32,000 nt of DNA from Pseudomonadota bacterium (GTDB lineage Bacteria; Pseudomonadota; Gammaproteobacteria; Burkholderiales; Burkholderiaceae_C): NCBI GenBank assembly GCA_040389085.1, contig JAZKAP010000023.1, positions 7,556-39,555 of the forward strand, written 5' to 3'. Numbering within the stretch: position 1 is the stretch's first letter; each line of letters starts with the position of its first letter. This document shows, one piece after another, positions 8,125 through 14,761 of the stretch. A model generated the notes under the pieces. That model did not search any database and was not told the DNA's origin. It was given only the letters and a program-made list of their open reading frames with translations. A program made the translations under genes and the position numbers.

Positions 8125-8580
8125 TCACTCGGCGCGCACCCAGGTTTGCGAGCGCCCTATCATCGGCACGCCGATGAAACCTCGAACCTCGAGTTTCTTG
8201 CCCCCGTCGGCGGGCCGCAGACGCAGCCGGTAGGTCGACCCATTCTCCGGATCGAGCACCTCGCCGCCGTCCCACAGCGCAGCGTCAGCGGTATTGTGTT
8301 TGATGCCGCGAATAATCGTCATCCCGACCACCGGCTTGTCCTTGCGGTCGTCGGTGCATTTCGTGCAGACGGTCGCCGCCTTGGGATCGAGGAGTTTCTC
8401 GATCACGCCACTGAGCACGCCAGCCGATTCGCTGATGCGTATCAAGGTTTTCACGGTCTTGCCGTCGTCGTCAATCGTCTTCCAGAGACCAACAGGTGTG
8501 TCCTGCGCAAAAGCAGGAGCGGCTGCCCAGGCAAGGAAAGCGATGGCGAGTACGTGTTTCAATGTTTTTTCGATTTTCAT
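8125..8580 (-). CDS. DUF2147 domain-containing secreted protein
   Basis: ORF 8125..8658 trimmed to ATG 8580 (alternative 8595). Signal peptide MKIEKTLKHVLAIAFLAWAAAPAFA, then QDTPVGLWKTIDDDGKTVKTLIRI, CTKCTDDRKDKPVVGM and GGEVLDPENGSTYRLRL..........LEVRGF, as in DUF2147 proteins. Confidence 0.8.
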   Translation of the reverse strand: MKIEKTLKHVLAIAFLAWAAAPAFAQDTPVGLWKTIDDDGKTVKTLIRISESAGVLSGVIEKLLDPKAATVCTKCTDDRKDKPVVGMTIIRGIKHNTADAALWDGGEVLDPENGSTYRLRLRPADGGKKLEVRGFIGVPMIGRSQTWVRAE

Positions 8581-8868
8581 GAGGCTTTCTTTCATTGTGG
8601 GTAAACGGGAAACGACTTCATGGGCCGATGACGCTATTACTTCAATAGCTGCTTGCACTCATATTCATTGGCTTCAGGGACGATTTGACTGTACGTTTAT
8701 GGTTTGGCCTTACCCTGATTCGGCACGACCACCACACTCACCTTCTGTACCGAGGATTCGATGGTCTTGTGGGACGCATCGGACCAGTACGCGCTGGCCG
8801 GGGTGCGCCAGCGAGATCAGCGCACGCACTCGCGCACGGTCACTCGGCGCCCTCCTTCGCGCTATCGG

Positions 8869-11034
8869 TTATTTCTTGGGCCGGATCGCATCGGCCGTGC
8901 CCTGGATAAAGGCCTTGATCTTCTCCACATCGTCTTTGCTGAGCTTGCCCGTGAAGTCAGGCATGCCCCGGTTCATGGCCGGGCCTTTGAAGACGAACTT
9001 GTCGAGGTTCTCGATATAGGGGGCTCCGATGTAGCCCAGGTTGGGAATGTTGCCGCCGCGGTCCACGCCGGGCACGCCGTGGCAGAACACGCAGTTGCTC
9101 ACATACAGCGCGGTGCCGGCCGGCACCTGGGCTGGGTCGTATTTCACGCCCGCCACCAACTCGTCCATGCGGTACTTCACAAACTCGGGCATCGGCGCCT
9201 TGCCGCCCACCGCGAAGGTATAAACCGTGCCCGGCCCCTGCCGGTCGGTGGCGCGCTGCGCCAAGCCATACACGCCGCCCCAGCCGACCGCAATCGACAC
9301 ATACTGCTTGCCGTCCACCAGGTAGGTCGATGGAGCGGCCACCACGCCAGTGCCTGTGGGCGACTCCCAGAGCTTCTCGCCGGTGCGTGCATTGAAGGCG
9401 ATGAAGCGGCCATCGGCCGTGCCCTGGAATACCAGGTCACCCGCGGTGGTCAGCGTACCGCCGTTCCACGGCGACACATGCTCCTGCGTCCAGGCGGCCT
9501 TTTGCTGCACAGGGTCCCAGGCGATCAGGCGGCCGAACGGGGCACTCTTGGGTGGCTCGACGTTGGCAAACGTCGCGATGTTCCAGCCCATGTTGCTGTG
9601 CGGCTCACCCGGGCGCACGCTGTTGAACTTCCAGTCCTTGTTGTCCATCAGCGTGAGCGGCACGCCCTGCGCCGGCAGGTAGACCAGCCCGGTCTGCGGG
9701 TTGAACGACATGGAGTGCCAGTTGTGCGCACCGAACGCGCTGGGAATGATCTCGCGCGGCCGGTCGGCCACGCGCGCGTTGGGCGTTTCGATCGGGCGGC
9801 CGTCCTTGTCGTAGCCCGTCGCCCAGTTCACGTCGACGAAGTTCTTGGCCGAGATGAACTTGCCGTTGGTACGGTCGATCACGAAGAAGAAGCCGTTCTT
9901 CGGCGCATGCAGGATCACCTTGCGCGGCTTGCCTTCTATCTTCAGGTCGGCCAGGATCATCGGCTGGGTCGAGGTGAAGTCCCAGTTGTCGCCGGGCGTT
10001 TGCTGGTAGTGCCAGACGTACTTGCCGGTGTCGGGGTTGAGCGCGACGATGGACGCGAGATACAGGTTGTCTCCGCCCGCGGGGCTGCGTTTGCTGCGCG
10101 CCCAGGGCGAGCCGTTGCCGGTGCCCACATACATCAGGTTCAGTTTGGGGTCGAAGGTCAGTGTGTCCCAGGCGGTGCCGCCGCCGCCGGCTTCCCAATA
10201 CTTGCCTGCGGGGTCCCAGGTCTTGGCGGCCTTGGCCATGGACTCGTCCTCGAACGGTTTGCTCGGGTCGCCGGGCACCGTGAACCAGCGCCATTTTTGC
10301 TCGCCGCTGGCGGCGTCGTAGGCCGTGATGTAGCCGCGCACGCCGTACTCGGCGCCGCCGTTGCCGATGATGACCTTGCCCTTGAACACGCGCGGTGCGC
10401 CGGTGATGGTGTACGAGAACTTGCGGTCGATGATGGTGTCTTTTTCCCAGACCTTGTTGCCGGTGGCCGCATCGAGCGCGATCAGCCGGCCGTCGTAGGC
10501 GGCGACGAAGACCTTGCCCTGGTACAGCGCCACGCCGCGGCTCACCACGTCACAGCAGCCCTTGTAGCCGGCCTCGCGCGGGACCTGCGGGTCGAAGGTC
10601 CAGATCTTTTTGCCGCTGCGCACATCAATGGCGTGGACGATGCTCCACGAAGCGCTGACATACATGATGCCGTCCACCACCAGCGGCGTGGCCTCGACGC
10701 CGCGCGTCGATTCGAGGTTGTACGACCAGACCAAGCCCAGGTCTTTCACGTTGGCGGCGTTGATCTGGTTCAGGCGCGAGAAGCGCGTCTCGGCATAGTC
10801 CAGGCCGTAGCTGGGCCAGTCGTTCGTGCGCGCCTCGTTGGCGCGGATAAATGCACCATCGACCTTCTTGGTCACGGCCGCAATGTGCGCCTTCGAGCCC
10901 TTGGCCCCCTCGGCCATGGCGGCTGGCGCTGCCGTGGCGAACAGCGAAGCCACCGCCAACGTCAAGACCATGGCAGGCCATTTTGCAGATTTCCCTTGCC
11001 GGGCCTGACTCGCCGGGTTCATCCAACTATTCAT
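8869..11034 (-). CDS. Type II quinohemoprotein alcohol dehydrogenase (PQQ beta-propeller plus C-terminal cytochrome c domain)
   Basis: ORF 8869..11166 trimmed to ATG 11034 (AAGGAG SD 6 nt upstream; alternative ATG 11052). Signal peptide ends AAMA. Motifs are NDWPSYGLDYAETRFSRLNQIN, vicinal-Cys motif YKGCCDVVSRG, repeated W-propeller motifs, and a C-terminal CVFCHGVPG haem c site. Confidence 0.92.
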   Translation of the reverse strand: MNSWMNPASQARQGKSAKWPAMVLTLAVASLFATAAPAAMAEGAKGSKAHIAAVTKKVDGAFIRANEARTNDWPSYGLDYAETRFSRLNQINAANVKDLGLVWSYNLESTRGVEATPLVVDGIMYVSASWSIVHAIDVRSGKKIWTFDPQVPREAGYKGCCDVVSRGVALYQGKVFVAAYDGRLIALDAATGNKVWEKDTIIDRKFSYTITGAPRVFKGKVIIGNGGAEYGVRGYITAYDAASGEQKWRWFTVPGDPSKPFEDESMAKAAKTWDPAGKYWEAGGGGTAWDTLTFDPKLNLMYVGTGNGSPWARSKRSPAGGDNLYLASIVALNPDTGKYVWHYQQTPGDNWDFTSTQPMILADLKIEGKPRKVILHAPKNGFFFVIDRTNGKFISAKNFVDVNWATGYDKDGRPIETPNARVADRPREIIPSAFGAHNWHSMSFNPQTGLVYLPAQGVPLTLMDNKDWKFNSVRPGEPHSNMGWNIATFANVEPPKSAPFGRLIAWDPVQQKAAWTQEHVSPWNGGTLTTAGDLVFQGTADGRFIAFNARTGEKLWESPTGTGVVAAPSTYLVDGKQYVSIAVGWGGVYGLAQRATDRQGPGTVYTFAVGGKAPMPEFVKYRMDELVAGVKYDPAQVPAGTALYVSNCVFCHGVPGVDRGGNIPNLGYIGAPYIENLDKFVFKGPAMNRGMPDFTGKLSKDDVEKIKAFIQGTADAIRPKK

Positions 11035-11057
11035 GCTGGCTCCTTTTTTCATGCTGT

Positions 11058-11669
11058 TTACTTTTGAGGTATGTCGGTAATTAGGGTTCTGCGCCGCTGT
11101 CCGGTGAGTCGGTACAAAAGCCAGGCCAGGCCGATAAAGAGCAAGGGCAATGGCAGGTATTTCCAATAGTTGCGCACGCCGACGCGAAACGGAAAGACCG
11201 AGTTCTCCGTCTTTCCGCTGGCCGCATCCGTCGCGCTGAGCAGGCCGATGTACCAGCCGGGCTCGCTGAACCTGTGGTCCAGGGTGACCGTGCCGCGCGG
11301 ATAAGCCTTGGCCGGCAGCGCCACCATCGTCCGCTGCGCGATCCTGCCCGTATCGCCAAGATCCTCGTAGCGTGCCTTGGCACCAAGCCCGTCCGCGTCA
11401 CGCAGGATGCGAAATTCGACCACGCGTTCGCGCAGTGCGGGCTGGATGAAGTCAATCACGATCACTGCCCGTCCGACTTCGGGGATGTCCTCGCAGAACT
11501 CCTGACTGGCACGGTGCTCGGGCTGGTAGCCGGCGAAATGGGCCCGGTCGCTGCCGATGCGCAGAATGCACTTGTCGTCTTCAATGCCGACCCCGCCATG
11601 CGCCCATGCCGATGCCGCAGCCACTGCAAGCAGCGCGGAACTCAACGTTCGGATCAGTCGCATCTGCAT
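11058..11669 (-). CDS. Secreted protein with a C-terminal membrane anchor; candidate PmoD/AmoD-like CuMMO accessory protein
   Basis: ORF 11058..11807 trimmed to ATG 11669, which shares one base with the xmoB TGA (TGATG). Signal peptide MQMRLIRTLSSALLAVAAASAWA is followed by HGGVGIEDDKCILRIGSDRAHF. C-terminal TM helix is YLPLPLLFIGLAWLLYRL. Position and topology match PmoD/AmoD; homology itself is not verified. Confidence 0.55.
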   Translation of the reverse strand: MQMRLIRTLSSALLAVAAASAWAHGGVGIEDDKCILRIGSDRAHFAGYQPEHRASQEFCEDIPEVGRAVIVIDFIQPALRERVVEFRILRDADGLGAKARYEDLGDTGRIAQRTMVALPAKAYPRGTVTLDHRFSEPGWYIGLLSATDAASGKTENSVFPFRVGVRNYWKYLPLPLLFIGLAWLLYRLTGQRRRTLITDIPQK

Positions 11670-12910
11670 CACCCTCCGAACAGCGGAATCATCGGTCCGC
11701 TGATCTCTACTGGATAGCGACGGCCCTGCGCATCGAAGAAGAACAGCATGCCGGCGACCACCGCATCCGGGGAAGCGATCATCGTCGTCATGCGCTGCGT
11801 CTCCCACATCGCATCGTCCGCATAGACCACGATCTTCTTCGTTTCTCCTGGATTGATCGAGCCGCCCTCCACGCGCAACGCGTCTGTCGCGACCAGATCA
11901 TCCTGGTCTTTTGGTGTGACCTTCAGCACCGCGGAATTGATAAAGCGAAGACCGCCTGAGGCAAACTCACCGACGCTCACGGGACTCTTCCCACTGTTGG
12001 TTACCGTGAGCTCGATACGGAAGCTCCGGCCCGGGATGCGGTAGCGTGCATCATCCATAGTGACCAACACTGGCGAAGGCTCCATCTTCAGGGTAGATGT
12101 CCTTATCTTGCCGGTCTGTAGCGGCGTCGTGACCGGCCAGCGCTCGGTGGCATAGAAAAACCCGCCAGCGATAAGCATCAGCGTAGCCACCAGGATAACC
12201 AGTGCCGCCTGACGGTCGCGCGTGGTGATCATGTCGTCGGCGTTCTCACCCAGCGCGCTGGCACGCCGGAACCTCGGCAAGATCAAAGGCACCTTGGTCA
12301 GCCAATAGCCAAACCAGACCAAACCAAGCACAACCCACACCGCTGACCAGGAAGCCGCATTAGCAAAGCCGTGCGTTTCCAAATCAAGGGTTTGGCCGAA
12401 CAACGTTTTGATGCTGTTTTCAAATGCCGCCGGGTCGCCCCCGACCTCGACCCAGATGCCGGGGCCAATCATCGGCCCGGCATCCAGCACGTTGATGATG
12501 GGATGCAGGTGATAGCGGCCGGGTGTGCGGGCCTTCAGCGTGATCTCGAAGTTGTACTGCTCACCGCGCTTATACGAACTACTGCGTATGGTGGGCACAC
12601 CGTTGACGCGGCTGTCCAAGCGCACAAAAGAAGGCCCGGGTACGCCCACATTGAGATAGGCGGTGTCCTCGATGGACGCGACATGCTCCGGCCAGGACAG
12701 GGAAGGAACAAAAGTTCCCTTGACGACCAGAATTTGGTTGACATCGAGCTTGCGCGTCGACAAATCCACGTCAAACCAATGCACGGTGCGCATACGCAAA
12801 GCGGGTTGCTGAGCCTTTTCACCATGGGCATACGTTGGCGTTGCCGAAAACGTGACCAGGACGACGATCAGGCCTTGAATGACTGCGAACAATTTTGCAA
12901 TGAAATTCAT
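11669..12910 (-). CDS. xmoB: Copper membrane monooxygenase subunit B (PmoB/AmoB family)
   Basis: ORF 11669..12967 trimmed to ATG 12910 (AAGGAAGAGG SD). Signal peptide ends PTYA, followed by HGEKAQQPALRMRTVHWFDV. RYHLHPIINV carries the His-x-His. Two central TM helices separate two periplasmic beta-rich domains, as in PmoB. Confidence 0.93.
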   Translation of the reverse strand: MNFIAKLFAVIQGLIVVLVTFSATPTYAHGEKAQQPALRMRTVHWFDVDLSTRKLDVNQILVVKGTFVPSLSWPEHVASIEDTAYLNVGVPGPSFVRLDSRVNGVPTIRSSSYKRGEQYNFEITLKARTPGRYHLHPIINVLDAGPMIGPGIWVEVGGDPAAFENSIKTLFGQTLDLETHGFANAASWSAVWVVLGLVWFGYWLTKVPLILPRFRRASALGENADDMITTRDRQAALVILVATLMLIAGGFFYATERWPVTTPLQTGKIRTSTLKMEPSPVLVTMDDARYRIPGRSFRIELTVTNSGKSPVSVGEFASGGLRFINSAVLKVTPKDQDDLVATDALRVEGGSINPGETKKIVVYADDAMWETQRMTTMIASPDAVVAGMLFFFDAQGRRYPVEISGPMIPLFGG

Positions 12911-12920
12911 GACCTCTTCC

Positions 12921-13673
12921 TTAAACAACTTTTCGCAGCCACACGGCCTTGACACCGAGTGAGCCAACCCAGGCCCAGAACCAGAGGCTTAATATGGTCA
13001 GGAAGCCCGCGAAAACCGCCGTCAACGGCGTGACTGCATCGCCGAATGTCCTCAAAGTACTCTGTTCGATGATGCGCACATATTCGGGCATGGCAGTGCG
13101 GATGTACTCAAAACCCATCACGTCCGCCACCGTCATCAGCGTGCCGTGCATTTCGACCGGCACCATGAACGGAGCCAGCAGTGGCCAGTTCATTGGGTAC
13201 AGAAGCAGCCCCGAAAGAAAGCCAGCAAAAATTCCCGTGAAAAACCAGCTGCGCGTGAGCAGCAAGGTGCAATCGATCAACAGACCAACGCCAATGAAAG
13301 TCGACGGCAGTACCATGTTCATCGGAAAACCCGCGAACTCATGAAAGTTCAAGTACCGGCTCAACCAGCCCGTCAGCGTCAGCCCGATAATGCTCAGCGT
13401 CGCACCCAGAGGTATGCGCAGCAAATGCCAAAAGGCATAGCCAAATACGCCGGGCAGAATAACCAGCACCAATGGCGTGACCAGCGGCCAATAACGGCGG
13501 TCCCGCCAATCGATCCAGTAATCCCAGTCCCCCACCAGCAAGGCAAACTGGAAGGCGAATACGGACCCCAGAAGCACCACAAAGAGCGGAATGACCACCC
13601 AGTCAACCTGGGCATCAACGCGGGCCGCTTCCTGCGGGCTAAAGGCGGCCTCAGCCGGAGTCAAAACGGACAT
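12921..13673 (-). CDS. xmoA: Copper membrane monooxygenase subunit A (PmoA/AmoA family)
   Basis: 250 aa; ATG 13673 with a TGGAGA SD. Carries the family signature GDWDYWIDWRDRRYWPLVTP and is polytopic and hydrophobic throughout. The stop lies 10 nt before the xmoB start. Confidence 0.95.
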   Translation of the reverse strand: MSVLTPAEAAFSPQEAARVDAQVDWVVIPLFVVLLGSVFAFQFALLVGDWDYWIDWRDRRYWPLVTPLVLVILPGVFGYAFWHLLRIPLGATLSIIGLTLTGWLSRYLNFHEFAGFPMNMVLPSTFIGVGLLIDCTLLLTRSWFFTGIFAGFLSGLLLYPMNWPLLAPFMVPVEMHGTLMTVADVMGFEYIRTAMPEYVRIIEQSTLRTFGDAVTPLTAVFAGFLTILSLWFWAWVGSLGVKAVWLRKVV

Positions 13674-13759
13674 TCAAAGTCTCCAGAAATAAATTGGGAG
13701 GTCAAGCGCACAACTTGTCATCGAGACCTAGCCCCGATGCATTTACCCGGAAAGGCGTA

Positions 13760-14539
13760 TCAGAGAGCCGCTTGAAGCTCGGCTTGCGGCGACACCGACT
13801 GCTTCGTCAGCTCGGCCACGCGACCCAGTATCTGCAGGAGCAATCCACCAGCCGCAAACGTAGACCAGCCCAGCAACACAAAGCCATAGTGAATCGGCGC
13901 GGAGAACAACTCCTCGGCATAGAAGAAAGTGTGACCCCACTCGTTGAAACCCACGTTGGGCATGATCATGAACGCGCCGGCGACGATGATCGCGAACGGC
14001 AGCGAAATGCGATTGCCAAAGAGCGGGATGCGCGTGTGAGCGTAGGCGAACGAGATGAAGCCCCAAAACACCAGCAAAGGCACGCAGAAATAAAACAGGC
14101 CAATGTGAGTAGGGGTGAAATCAGTATCCCTAATCGTCACCTGATGCCATGCTGCGTCAGCCTCCGTGTAGATTGAGCCCGTCACATAAAACATGATGGC
14201 AAATAGCAAAATTTGAGCCATCAGCACGAACAGGCGCCGTAATTCCTCTCGCGGCCCGATTCGGGAGAAATCGCGCTCTCGTGTGCGCCAGAGATACACC
14301 AGCGTGCCGGTGCCCAGCGCGCCAATCAGCAGCAACTGCCCGAACAGCAGACGCATCCAGTAAACGTCGAACTCAGCGCTGAAATAGTCGAGCCCGTAAG
14401 TGAACGCAGTCGCTTCTGAATAGATGCGATAAACGCCGAACAGCACCGCAAAGCCCAGCAGTGCAACAAAGAATTTGGCCCACGGAGCCCCTGTGGCCGC
14501 CCGCGCAGCTCCAGTGATGTTGGTAGAACTCGTTTTCAT
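13760..14539 (-). CDS. xmoC: Copper membrane monooxygenase subunit C (PmoC/AmoC family)
   Basis: ORF 13760..14686 trimmed to ATG 14539 (AGGAGA SD). Motifs are EADAAWHQVTIRDTDFTPTHIGLFYF and NEWGHTFFYAEELFSAPIHYGF (Asn/His, then a His 14 residues later), the hallmark PmoC/AmoC motifs. Confidence 0.93.
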   Translation of the reverse strand: MKTSSTNITGAARAATGAPWAKFFVALLGFAVLFGVYRIYSEATAFTYGLDYFSAEFDVYWMRLLFGQLLLIGALGTGTLVYLWRTRERDFSRIGPREELRRLFVLMAQILLFAIMFYVTGSIYTEADAAWHQVTIRDTDFTPTHIGLFYFCVPLLVFWGFISFAYAHTRIPLFGNRISLPFAIIVAGAFMIMPNVGFNEWGHTFFYAEELFSAPIHYGFVLLGWSTFAAGGLLLQILGRVAELTKQSVSPQAELQAAL

Positions 14540-14659
14540 CGTCTTGTCTCCTGTTGTGTGAAGTAAACGTCGGGCCATTGAAAGCCTGCTTGTCGAATGG
14601 CGCGATCGGACTTCGTGCCAATGTGCTGGGAATGTTAGAGCCAAGCGTCTGCAACTACA

Positions 14660-14699
14660 CCTAACTTTCGTTAGGGTGTTTTTCATGGCGCATCGCCAT
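14660..14699. promoter_or_regulatory. Two perfect short palindromes in the xmoC / aldehyde dehydrogenase divergent region (candidate operator sites)
   Basis: CCTAAC-TTTC-GTTAGG at 14660-14675 and ATGGCG-CAT-CGCCAT at 14685-14699. Both lie within the 222-bp region between ATG 14539 (minus) and ATG 14762 (plus). Confidence 0.3.
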
Positions 14700-14761
14700 A
14701 GACTTGCGCCAACCTCGAATTGCCATCACAAAAGAGGACAAACAATATGAAGGAGACAAAA

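Noticed and set aside
8761-11067. 768-aa plus-strand ORF covering the whole PQQ-ADH locus. Similar long ORFs occur at 6626-8233(+), 5742-7286(-), 1121-2251(+), 18639-19670(-), 22881-23837(+), 24071-24907(+), 24923-25774(+), 16397-17155(-) and 30561-31274(-).
   Set aside because: These are shadow ORFs typical of high-GC DNA. Their translations are Arg/Ala/Gly/His/Pro-rich and low in complexity, with no recognisable motifs. Each lies antisense to, or out of frame with, a gene whose product carries clear family signatures.
11669-14539. Calling the operon particulate methane monooxygenase (pmoCAB) or ammonia monooxygenase (amoCAB) outright.
   Set aside because: Family membership is clear, but substrate cannot be read from motifs. 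The in-window context (no methanol dehydrogenase or hao; alk-type downstream genes) argues against both classical assignments, so I kept the neutral xmo label.
14608-14630. Sigma-54-like element upstream of xmoC: TGGCAC on the minus strand (complement of 14614-14619).
   Set aside because: The downstream -12 element reads TCCGA instead of TTGCA/T at the required spacing, so the critical GC is missing. One hexamer match in 222 bp of GC-rich DNA is not evidence for a sigma-54 promoter.
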